Of a stretch of DNA of 64,000 bases, positions 54,401 through 64,000 are shown piece by piece. The notes beneath the pieces were generated by a model. The model had not been told where the DNA came from and did no database searches. It worked only from the letters and a program-made list of their open reading frames with translations. The translations under genes were made by a program, and so were the position numbers. This DNA is from Ascoidea asiatica JCM 7603 (Eukaryota; Fungi; Ascomycota). The stretch lies in the NCBI GenBank assembly GCA_001600695.1, contig BCKQ01000005.1, forward strand, positions 237,496-301,495, written 5' to 3'. Position 1 is the stretch's first letter, and every line of letters begins with the position of its first letter.

Positions 54401-55066
54401 TGTAATTTATCAATATAACAATTTTAAAGCATTTTCAAGCATTATTTAGTTTTTTTTTCAATTTAACTCTCCATTTTTTAGTTACAATATATATACAGTA
54501 TATATATTTTTTGTTACAGTCCATATTTAACTCAGTAGCTGTAAATGAATAATTCCAGCTTCAAAATTAATGATTATAAATTCGTACCCTTTTGAGGTTT
54601 TGACCTTTGTATGTTCTGTGGCCAAATAATAATGAATAAAACTGAGCACTTCTAGAAATTTTAGCCAATCCTATTCAGCTTGGCTACCATAAATAATCTG
54701 TGAAAGAAGGCTATCTGAGTGATGAATTTAGGATCAGTTATTATTAAAATTGTATTAAAATTTATTAAAGCTATTATGAATTGCTTAATTATTGATAAAT
54801 GGGGAAAAATATACATAATAATTGGCTAAAGACACCTAACAATTGACCAACTAGTGCTACGTAGTCCTATTTCAGACCGGTTACTATTATTTCGGTTCTC
54901 TTTAGATTTGTGCTTTCTTAGATCTACCACTTAACACGAAGTAGGATTGCAGTACATAACTGATGGCGGAAAGTTTTCCGGAACCATTATTGAGAATTAC
55001 AGGAAACCTATGGATAAGAGGAGATTCTTATGCTTTTCCGACCATGCGGAAAAGTGAAGGGGTTTT

Positions 55067-55073
55067 CACGTGG
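55067..55073. promoter_or_regulatory. CACGTG E-box (Pho4/Cbf1-type) upstream of IPP1
   Basis: TCACGTGGG. Confidence 0.4.
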
Positions 55074-55493
55074 GTCTAACAGCCACTGTTTTTCCTAACT
55101 TGGATGTGGAAGGAGGTTTTTCATATTTAGCTGCGCTTCTGTTTATTTATTCTCTGAGGAAGAAAAATGTCACCCAATGAAAGCGAAAAATTTTCTCGTG
55201 TTGAACAATTGTGGCTGGAACTTGGATTCAGTCGATATGAAAAATGCGAACTTTTTCACCTTGTCAAATCTTAACCCATTTTTTTTGGAATTTGATACGC
55301 ATCCCGTTTCCAATGGTTTACATAATAAATCAGCTATTTAAGAAGAGCAAATTAACCTTTCTTCTTTTTATCAAAAGAAAGAATATAAGTTTTTAATATT
55401 TATCAAAAAAATTTATCAATTGATTTCAAATAGTCTTTTTAATTCTTATAAAATATCTATTTATTTGTTCTTTTTAAATTTTCAACTTTTATA

Positions 55494-56351
55494 ATGGTTT
55501 TTTCTACTCGTCAAGTCGGTGCTAAAAACACCTTAGACTATAAAGTTTATATTGAAGAAGATGGAAAACCAGTATCTCCTTTCCATGATATTCCTTTATT
55601 TGCTGATCAATCAAAGGGTATTTATAATATGGTTGTTGAAATTCCTAGATGGACAAATGCAAAATTAGAAATTACAAAAGAATTACCTTTAAATCCAATT
55701 GTTCAAGATACTAAAAAGGGCAAATTAAGATTTGTTAGAAATTGTTTTCCTCATCATGGTTATATTCATAATTATGGTGCTTTTCCACAGACTTGGGAAG
55801 ATCCTAATGTTGTTAATGCGGAAACTAAAGCAAAAGGTGATGATGATCCATTAGATGTTCTTGAAATTGGTGAACAAATTGCTTATTCAGGCCAAGTTAA
55901 ACAAGTTAAAGCCTTGGGTGTCATGGCTCTTATAGATGAAGGTGAAACTGATTGGAAAGTTATAGTAATTGATGTTAATGATCCATTAGCTAACAAATTA
56001 CATGATATTGAAGATGTTGAAAGACATTTACCTGGTTTATTAAGAGCTACTAATGAATGGTTTAGAATTTATAAAATTCCTGATGGAAAACCCGAAAATC
56101 AATTTGCCTTTTCTGGTGAAGCCAAAAATAAAAAATATGCTGAAGAAGTTATCGCAGAGTGTAATTTAGCTTGGAAAAATTTAATCCGTGGTGCTACTCA
56201 ATCAAATAAAATCTCTTTAGCTAACACCACCTTATCAGAAACTCCTTCATTTACTTCCATTCCTCAGGTCCCCGCAGCTTTACCTTTACCTGATGCTAAA
56301 ATTGATGCTTCAATCGATAAATGGTTTTTCATTTCAGGTGCTTCTGCCTAA
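55494..56351 (+). CDS. IPP1: Inorganic pyrophosphatase
   Basis: [28 protein letters not shown] and DEGETDWK motifs. Confidence 0.98.
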   Translation: MVFSTRQVGAKNTLDYKVYIEEDGKPVSPFHDIPLFADQSKGIYNMVVEIPRWTNAKLEITKELPLNPIVQDTKKGKLRFVRNCFPHHGYIHNYGAFPQTWEDPNVVNAETKAKGDDDPLDVLEIGEQIAYSGQVKQVKALGVMALIDEGETDWKVIVIDVNDPLANKLHDIEDVERHLPGLLRATNEWFRIYKIPDGKPENQFAFSGEAKNKKYAEEVIAECNLAWKNLIRGATQSNKISLANTTLSETPSFTSIPQVPAALPLPDAKIDASIDKWFFISGASA

Positions 56352-56555
56352 ACATTTTTTAAGGATTTAACTTCACCTAAAATAAAATTTTAATAAAATC
56401 ATCATTTATTTTATTTTTTCTCGTTACAAATTCAAGTTTACTCATTCATTTAAAAATATTTCGTAAAAAATGTCAAAAAAAAAAATTAAAATTTATATAC
56501 TATAACATAATGGTAATTATCTAATCAAAATTTATCGGTAGCTCAATTTATGTAC

Positions 56556-58772
56556 TTATTTATTTACCTTTCCCTTTCTATCGTTCTTTTCTCTTTGTAT
56601 TGTTGTCTCTCTCAAAAATTTTATATGAGCTTTGATTTCGTGACATAATTCTGGTTGACTTATTTCTTCAAAGGTTTTAAACTGTATTTTTATTTCACAA
56701 ATAAAATATTCCATATATCCCCATTGAATTAGTTCAAGATCAGATCCTCCAATTTCATTGGTTCCCCATAACCTTATTCTGTTACCACCGTTATCAACTA
56801 AAACATTATCCCTTAATAACTGTAAAGGATTCAATTTTGGAAAATTAGCATGAAGAAATAAAATCCTAGGATTTAATCCTTTTATTGATTTATTTTCCAA
56901 GTTTAATTCTTCATTTGCATCTTCAAAGGTTGAAAATAGACGTCCATCTAATATTTTCATATTTTCTTCATATCTTTTAAAGTCATCCACTGGATCAAAT
57001 TGAACCATTGCAGAACCATGATAGGACCCATCTTTATGATGTCCAAAAACTCCAACAAACTTATTCACTTGATAGAAAGGTTTTTGCAACTTAACTGCGG
57101 CGGCTAAAAAAGTATCTTTATCACCTTCACCAGTACTACCTTGACCCAATAAAGGGTAATAATAATCTGGACCAAACGTATTATAATATAAAGATAATAA
57201 TAAAGTTTTGAAATGTAACTTCTTTGAAACCATAACTTGACCTGATTCACTTGAACCGTCAGGTATTGTACCATTTCTATCGTGAAATGGGATTCTATCT
57301 AAATCAATTTCATCCTTTTGAATTATTCCACCTTCATGAATACCGTAATTTGAGTATCCATATCTAATTCTATTTGTAACAGTTGTATTTATAATATCAT
57401 AAAAATAAGGAGAAGTAGTTCGCCTCCAAAAATCTGGCCAAGTTATTAAGCCCTTTGATATAAAAGGATCATTTTTGAATAAATAATCTGGATTTTCAAC
57501 AGGAATATTATCAGCATCTAATAATAAGACATTTTCAAAAGAAGAAGATAATATTGCTAAAATTTTATATTGATAGCCATGAAATTTGAATGTTGATGTA
57601 ACTTGATTACCTAAAACTAAAGGCAAATAAACACAACGAGCATTATATATTGGAAAAACAGTAGAACATAAATTAATGTCATAATCTTCTAAAGAAGGTA
57701 TTAAAACTTCAACAGGTAAAGTTGAACCTAATCTTCTAAGATTTTTAATAGATAATAAGGATAACCAATTAAACCTTCCTCCACCTGCATATACTATACC
57801 ATTACCTTTATAAGATAATTTTTTGAAATTAAAATTATCAGGGATATTATTTAAAAAAGTTGAATGTTGAGTTTTAAGAGAATTTATTTCGGATATATTT
57901 AAATTTAAAAATTGAGATAAATAAGTTACATCGAATATTGGTATATCTATATTATTTCCTCTATTATGACCAATTGTTGGTGCCTTTTTATCCGTTTTGT
58001 AATTATTATGAGCCAACGAAGGAATCAATGGTTTTGAGGAATCTATCAAAGTAAATAATTTTTTAAAAAAATCATTAATATTTTTTAGAGGAATACTTGA
58101 TTTATCAAAAAAGTAGGAATTTAAAGCAATGCATTTTAATTTTTGAATATTTAATTCTATCAATTCTTTCTTATGACATAATTGAGTATCAGATAATTCA
58201 TTATCTGAAAATTCATCATTAGTTGACGATTCATCTTTCGATGACTCATCCGGGGTTATATTTGATATTAGGTAAAGTTCAGCAACAATTTTATCAATTA
58301 ATCTTTGATGGATAGGAGTAATATTAACAGCTGTTGAATTTAAAGTATCTTTCTGAGAATTTGTTTTCTCAGAATCAGAATCAGAATTATGAATAGAATT
58401 AGGATTTGCTTTGGAATTTATTGAAGAAGATTTGAAAGGATTCAAATAATCAAAAAATGAAGAAGGGGGATTGTTTTCCTTTGAATAATCCAACTCTGAA
58501 TCATAAGCATAAGAAGATTCATAAATTTCGCTACCATCATCGGCATCATTATTAGATTTATAATACGCTTCTAATTTATCATCAAGTATTTTAGAATTCG
58601 AAAGTGAACTTATTGGATTCAAATTTATATCTTTTATCAGATGATCATTTTTTGAAATATTTAATATATTGATTATGAAGATTATAAAAATGAAAGATAT
58701 TAAAATAAAAGATTTCTGCTTAAATTTTGGATATATTAATCTTTTTAAAGTATAGTGAGACATATTTCCCAT
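56556..58772 (-). CDS. MNN2: Golgi alpha-1,2-mannosyltransferase, GT71 Mnn2/Mnn5 family
   Basis: N-terminal TM; GIVYAGGG, LLLDADN, WPDFWRRTTSP, SSESGQ and GEGDKDTF motifs. Exact paralog uncertain. Confidence 0.85.
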   Translation of the reverse strand: MGNMSHYTLKRLIYPKFKQKSFILISFIFIIFIINILNISKNDHLIKDINLNPISSLSNSKILDDKLEAYYKSNNDADDGSEIYESSYAYDSELDYSKENNPPSSFFDYLNPFKSSSINSKANPNSIHNSDSDSEKTNSQKDTLNSTAVNITPIHQRLIDKIVAELYLISNITPDESSKDESSTNDEFSDNELSDTQLCHKKELIELNIQKLKCIALNSYFFDKSSIPLKNINDFFKKLFTLIDSSKPLIPSLAHNNYKTDKKAPTIGHNRGNNIDIPIFDVTYLSQFLNLNISEINSLKTQHSTFLNNIPDNFNFKKLSYKGNGIVYAGGGRFNWLSLLSIKNLRRLGSTLPVEVLIPSLEDYDINLCSTVFPIYNARCVYLPLVLGNQVTSTFKFHGYQYKILAILSSSFENVLLLDADNIPVENPDYLFKNDPFISKGLITWPDFWRRTTSPYFYDIINTTVTNRIRYGYSNYGIHEGGIIQKDEIDLDRIPFHDRNGTIPDGSSESGQVMVSKKLHFKTLLLSLYYNTFGPDYYYPLLGQGSTGEGDKDTFLAAAVKLQKPFYQVNKFVGVFGHHKDGSYHGSAMVQFDPVDDFKRYEENMKILDGRLFSTFEDANEELNLENKSIKGLNPRILFLHANFPKLNPLQLLRDNVLVDNGGNRIRLWGTNEIGGSDLELIQWGYMEYFICEIKIQFKTFEEISQPELCHEIKAHIKFLRETTIQREKNDRKGKVNK

Positions 58773-59139
58773 TGAATATAAAACTGAATTAAGAGAAAAA
58801 ATTTTGATTAGATGTAAAATATGTAGATAGTGTTAATTTTTGTCCAAAATTGAAAATCTTGTCAATACTAGTAAATGGATATTAATTTGATCTATTAAAA
58901 ATATATTGAGAGTAAATTGATAATATATTTATTGATTTAATGATTGATTTTGAGATTTGAACAAATTTAATAAAGATGAAACTTTGAAGAAAACAATAAA
59001 TGAAATGACAAAGTATTGGGAATGAAGCTCTTTAACTTTACTATTTCTAACTACAGTTATTTTTTAGGAAAATTACTATTGAAATATCTCAGCTTTCTTG
59101 AAGAGAATGAGAATAGTTTATTTCAATATGAAAGAGTCA

Positions 59140-60160
59140 AGCAAAAGATGAGGTTTCAAATGTTAGAGAAATAAACGTTAATATATATCGTGAATACTAT
59201 GTGAATATTTTTTTGAATATTTTTAGGATACCTAGTTTGTAAAGCTAGGGAATATTTAGGGAATATATCGCGTAAAATAGAAAAGAAAAAATTCCTGAAA
59301 TTAGTTAAAAATTAGAAGTAAGAGAAATAACTAAAGTGAAAATGAGACAAGAACTGTTTTTCCAAACAAGAAAAGGAGCAAATAAAGCCAACCTTGAAAG
59401 CGTCAATACTGTTTAATACTGCTATCACAGAACAGTACTTACTGGTAAGAAGAACCATTTCAATGGTTGGGGCTTCATAAAAAAACAAAAAGTTTCCTTC
59501 TTTTCTCAAAATGATTTATTGGCTACTGCCACATACAGTCGAATGCGCTCTCTTGAAGAATCTTTTAAAATCTATGGAAAAATTAAGAGTTTTCTAAGAA
59601 AAATCTTTTGGGAAAACATTTGATTCTTTCCTTATTCCTGTCTGAAGTTACCGTCAGGTAGTTAAAAAACTTTTGAGATTGTTTTCAATGAGCAATATAC
59701 AAGATCTGCAAGAAGGCCAGATATATTTGGGTATTTTTGGATGGATTGGGGTGAATTTGAATATATATGAATATATTTAGATATTTAGTAATAATCGTAT
59801 TACATTACAGGTAGACATTTAGTATTCTTAGATGCCCCCTATCCGCTATGCGGCATCCTGTTTCCGTCGGCCTTCCTATTTTTTCAAGGCTTGTTTCATA
59901 CTTGTTTGATTAAAAGCAGAACTAAAAATACTAAATTTGTTAGCTTAGAAAAAAGGTTTCTGCACTTGGTGGAACCTGCAAACATTTTATATGTCCAATT
60001 TACGTATTTTACTTGAATATCGTGCACTAAGCCTTTGTGTTGTCTCTTGGCATGGAACGTGTGCTTAGAAATGCAGGTTAATTAGGTTTTTTAAACTTTG
60101 TGCCTCTCTCCACGCTAGGAAACTTTCTTTGAGAGCTCATCTTGCCAATTTTGAAATCTT
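59140..60160 (+). ncRNA. Candidate telomerase RNA (TER1/TLC1-like); boundaries approximate
   Basis: Terminal helix 59145-59160/60128-60143 abuts the Sm site AATTTTGA 60147-60154. Template-like ATGCCCCCTATCCGCTATGC 59832-59851. Boundary helix 59593-59600/59825-59832. Pseudoknot candidate 59870-59954. Stems at 59973-60079. No credible ORF. Confidence 0.5.
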
Positions 60161-60392
60161 CAGTTTAAGGTTGATAATGTAAAAGCCAAGAGAATTCAGA
60201 GAAACACCCATCTCAAGTTATAAAAAAATACAATCATACAATCATCAGAATAGAAATTCTGACAAAGAGCAAAAAATTAATTGACTAGGAATATATTATC
60301 CACCAAGTATATAATCATTGAAATACACCTTTAAGTTTATTACTTTACCTATGGGAAAGATGTGATTCCGAATTTGTATGAGAATTAGAATT

Positions 60393-63300
60393 TTAATTTG
60401 CTTCAGAATCAGAATTAAAACTGAAATTGGAATCAGAAATCATATCATTACCAGGAATAGAAACAGAAAGAGAAACAGAATCCGAATTCAATTCCGAACT
60501 AGAATTAGAATTCAAATTGGAGTTTGAATCACTCTCCAAATCAGATTTCAAATCTGATCTTGAATCCGAATCAGAACTGGAATCTATTGTTTCATTGAAA
60601 TTTATTCTTTTGGCAAGTAAATCTAATTCATTTTTCTCTTTATAAATACTTGATGATGGTTTACTAGTCAACTTGAATGGAGTGTTGAATCTACTAAGAC
60701 TTCCCTTTCTACTGAGCTCATTGGTGTTTTCTCTATTTTTATTTTCATAATTTACTGCATTTGATTTTGCCATTGTACCCATTTTATTCTCAGTAAATTT
60801 ATTCATATTGATATCTCTTACATTATCAATTGTGTATATTTTCATATTTGAATTTCTGCTTGGGGTTCTTATCTCTTTCAATGCTCTTTTATAAGGATTA
60901 AAATTACTATCTTTTATCTGGATAATTTCAATTCCATCGGAACTCTCATTATCTTCTGCTAAATCATTAGTTTCATTATCAGCATCATTATCACTATCAC
61001 TACTACTACTTAAGTCAATAAATGAGGCTGTTTCTTTTTCCAGGTTCCCATTTTCATTTTTAATGTCACTATCATATTTATCTTCATTGGTCTCAATTTC
61101 ATCATCATCGAAGTAATTTTTCATTTGAATTTCCTTTAGAGACATATCATCTTCCAGTTGTGGCTCATAGCCTTGCTGATATTCGTTTCCTTCTTCATCA
61201 TCCTCTACATCTGCATCATTACCATTATCATTGTTATTATCTTGCTCATTTTCATTTTCACCTTCATGTTCATCATAACTGGCCTTATTATTATAATTAT
61301 CATCACCATTCCCATATTCTATATTCTCATCGCTTAAATTACTACTATAACCATCTTCGCTATTATCTGAAATGTCAATAAGACTCTTATTAATTTTTTC
61401 ATTGTTGACTAATTCATCGTCAAAGCTTTCATCCAGCGAATCTTCTATGTCAATGATCATTTCTTTTCTTTCAGACTTTTTATATTCATTTTCAAATTTT
61501 AGAATACCAGTTGTTTCTTGGTTTCCTATGGTTTCCTTAAACTCTCTAATTTCTTTGTCTTTACTGATATTTTTTATCCGTTCAATTTTAGCAATATCTT
61601 TAACTTTTTTAATATCTTCCCCATCATTCATTTCTACCATAACTCCTTTCTTTTTAGTTTCTTCAAAGCCAGCTTTTTCTTTGATTTCGCTAAGTTTTTC
61701 AATATCCTCGATAAGTTCAATTTCACCCTCGTCATAATCATCTTCTTCATCAAAATTTATATTTTGGCTCTTTCCTATAGCAATAATTTCCTTTTCAAAT
61801 TCTTTCAAAATACACGTAACTTTTGGAAATATATCTCTTCTAGCAACTCTTGTTTTCACATATGAGTTTCCCATTGGGTTTTTAACATTAATGCTGTTAT
61901 TAACATTATTCAGACTAATATTACCATTTCCAATATTTGCATTGATGATATTATTTTCAATATTAACAGCTTTTTCTTTGATTATATTATTTTCCTTTTC
62001 ATAATTGCGTTCTTTGAAATTGTAAAATAACTTTAAATATAATCCAATAAAAGTGTCATCAATAAATGAAGTAGTGGAAAATCCGTTATTCATTCTTCTA
62101 ATATTACTAACTTCATAAAGCATGTAATACAAAATTCCTTTCTTGGGTTTATTCATTTCTTTTCCAAAATTTTCTTTCAAATAGTTGAAAAAATTATGAC
62201 TTTCTTTGATAAATTCTCCATAATTTAAGCTTGGGACAATTTTTTCCGTGTAATTTTTTTCAATTTTAGATTTTTTTCGAATAAGTTGGCAAGTAACATT
62301 ACATGCATATTCCCAAACTTGCAATTGTTTGACCATACTACTTCCAAATCTCCTCAACTTTTTTAATAATTCAATCAATAACTTCAAATCTTTACTTTCT
62401 TCTAATAGTTTGATATAAAAATCAATATATTCAAATACATAAACAAAATGTTTTCCTGGCCTTTCATTTTCGGGCTTCCAAATTGGAACCAAATTTTTTG
62501 AACTCTGCTTCAAAGATATAATATGCCCCATTTCTTCTTTACACCTTTTCACATCTTTGAAATTATTAAAAATGATTTTTGCAATCTTTACCCTTGGTTT
62601 ATGATGCCATTTCCTTTTATCTATTGAAATTATTTTGAACAATACTTCAATACATAGGTTAGAGAATCTCTCAAAAGTTTTAATTTTTGCAATTTTTTCT
62701 TCTTTAAAGTCTAATTGATAAAATTTATTATTCTTTTTTAAAAATGATATTGCAGCCTGAATGCTAATTTTTTTATTTTCCACATACTTATATAACTGAG
62801 AACATAATCTATAATGGGGTTCAATAATCGGATCTGAGGCTGAGCAGTTCTTAGTAGCTAAATGACATGATTTCAATAAGTTTTCTAATACTACACCGGT
62901 ATTTTCCCCTAACTTACTCTGAACTTTCGAAACATAATAATAATTTAGCCATAATTTAGGCTTTAATTTAATACCCCAACAAAATGACATATATATCAAT
63001 TTGAGTAAAGCTTTATAATTAATCGGCTTTTCATAATGTGTTTCATAAAATCCATTAGAACCTGAAAAGATTTTAGGTTTAGTTGTAATCCTAAAGCATA
63101 ACCTATCCATTGGCTGCATGCATGCATTATATAATTCCTTGGCAAATGATATCCATAAAACGGTTATCATCTCATTAGCTCTTAATTTCTCCTTTTCGGA
63201 AGAATTAACAAAAATACTTACTGCCATTAAATAACATAGAAGCGATTTTTTTTGCAAAATCGCTGTATTATTCTTCTTTTCACTATTTAACTTATCAGAA

Positions 63301-64000
63301 GTCCAAATCAAATCATCTTCCACAAGATGACCGTAAGATTGTCCAAGTAAAATCCAAGATTCCATTCTATTAGTCCCCATACAAAGATCGGATTTAAACA
63401 TTTTAATTACAAAATCTAGCTCTGCTGATCTGCCTTGCTGACTCCTTTTTCGAAGTTTAAAAAGCATCAATGACACAACACCCTGACAATAATATAATCC
63501 ATTCATAGCACAACTATAAGTATCAATCTTTATGGAAGGCAAATTAATAAAAGATAATCCATAAAAGCTTTTTCTGATTATTTCTAAATCAATTGACCGA
63601 TCAAGATATGAGTTTATAGTAGCGTATGCTCTAGCCACATTTTCGTTATTTTCTGGAGGATCACCAATAACTTTATAAAACTCTTCCACGACACTTTTCA
63701 AATCATTCCTAGGATTGTTTATGTATGGATCCTTTTTCTCAAAAGCAATTTTTAAAATAAAAGGACTAAGATATAAGGCTGAATTTCTGTCAATTTCATT
63801 ATAAATGGTTTTATGGTCGTCCACCCGGAAAGAATCCATTGAGAATTCCAAATGAAACCTACAACTTAATAACTGTATCAAATGGTTTTCTCGATATGAG
63901 TTGAATTTCCAATCTTTGAGAAGCATATGTTGGAACATATTGAGAAACTTTCCAGAGGAAGAATCACAAAAATAAGCCAATCCAACATAATCATGAATAA
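60393..64000 (-). CDS. HIR3: HIR histone chaperone subunit Hir3, 5'-truncated at the window edge
   Basis: ESWILLGQSY..LVEDDLIW, DPIIEPHYRL, DKRKWHHKP and IWKPENERPGKHFVY motifs; the frame stays open to position 64000. Confidence 0.9.
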   Translation of the reverse strand, partial: IHDYVGLAYFCDSSSGKFLNMFQHMLLKDWKFNSYRENHLIQLLSCRFHLEFSMDSFRVDDHKTIYNEIDRNSALYLSPFILKIAFEKKDPYINNPRNDLKSVVEEFYKVIGDPPENNENVARAYATINSYLDRSIDLEIIRKSFYGLSFINLPSIKIDTYSCAMNGLYYCQGVVSLMLFKLRKRSQQGRSAELDFVIKMFKSDLCMGTNRMESWILLGQSYGHLVEDDLIWTSDKLNSEKKNNTAILQKKSLLCYLMAVSIFVNSSEKEKLRANEMITVLWISFAKELYNACMQPMDRLCFRITTKPKIFSGSNGFYETHYEKPINYKALLKLIYMSFCWGIKLKPKLWLNYYYVSKVQSKLGENTGVVLENLLKSCHLATKNCSASDPIIEPHYRLCSQLYKYVENKKISIQAAISFLKKNNKFYQLDFKEEKIAKIKTFERFSNLCIEVLFKIISIDKRKWHHKPRVKIAKIIFNNFKDVKRCKEEMGHIISLKQSSKNLVPIWKPENERPGKHFVYVFEYIDFYIKLLEESKDLKLLIELLKKLRRFGSSMVKQLQVWEYACNVTCQLIRKKSKIEKNYTEKIVPSLNYGEFIKESHNFFNYLKENFGKEMNKPKKGILYYMLYEVSNIRRMNNGFSTTSFIDDTFIGLYLKLFYNFKERNYEKENNIIKEKAVNIENNIINANIGNGNISLNNVNNSINVKNPMGNSYVKTRVARRDIFPKVTCILKEFEKEIIAIGKSQNINFDEEDDYDEGEIELIEDIEKLSEIKEKAGFEETKKKGVMVEMNDGEDIKKVKDIAKIERIKNISKDKEIREFKETIGNQETTGILKFENEYKKSERKEMIIDIEDSLDESFDDELVNNEKINKSLIDISDNSEDGYSSNLSDENIEYGNGDDNYNNKASYDEHEGENENEQDNNNDNGNDADVEDDEEGNEYQQGYEPQLEDDMSLKEIQMKNYFDDDEIETNEDKYDSDIKNENGNLEKETASFIDLSSSSDSDNDADNETNDLAEDNESSDGIEIIQIKDSNFNPYKRALKEIRTPSRNSNMKIYTIDNVRDINMNKFTENKMGTMAKSNAVNYENKNRENTNELSRKGSLSRFNTPFKLTSKPSSSIYKEKNELDLLAKRINFNETIDSSSDSDSRSDLKSDLESDSNSNLNSNSSSELNSDSVSLSVSIPGNDMISDSNFSFNSDSEAN

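Noticed and set aside
1-64000. tRNA, rRNA, CRISPR arrays, LTR or DNA transposons
   Set aside because: No intergenic T-loop/B-box cloverleaf, rRNA signature, spaced repeat array, gag-pol or transposase ORF was seen.

Overview
This is an AT-rich budding-yeast (Saccharomycotina) chromosomal window. It encodes complex I subunits, so it lies outside the S. cerevisiae group. Asn/Ser-rich proteins, several introns and rare CTG codons at apparently polar positions suggest a CUG-Ser yeast, possibly Ascoidea/Saccharomycopsis-like (inference). About 26 protein genes are supported: a conserved hypothetical, AIM18, a pseudouridine glycosidase-kinase fusion, TTI2, a Harbinger-type Myb/SANT protein, NB5M (missing from the ORF track), BOL3, CIR1, SPC24, HOS4, ISU1, SDH3, MRPL31, POL2, a DUF2011 protein, NUIM, RPN10, RRM3, a GAF protein, SLM5, SES1, a catalytically dead Pmu1-like protein, CMK, IPP1, an MNN2-family gene and a 5'-truncated HIR3. 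I reconstructed five spliceosomal introns by eye, and three of them end in AAG. The top finding is a ~1 kb structured + strand noncoding locus between MNN2 and HIR3 (~59140-60160). It has the layout of a yeast telomerase RNA: a 5'/3' terminal helix next to an Sm site, a C-rich terminally redundant template candidate with a boundary helix, a U/A-rich pseudoknot candidate and a 3' multi-stem domain. No tRNA, rRNA, CRISPR array or intact transposon was seen. All homology calls come from recalled family motifs, not database searches.
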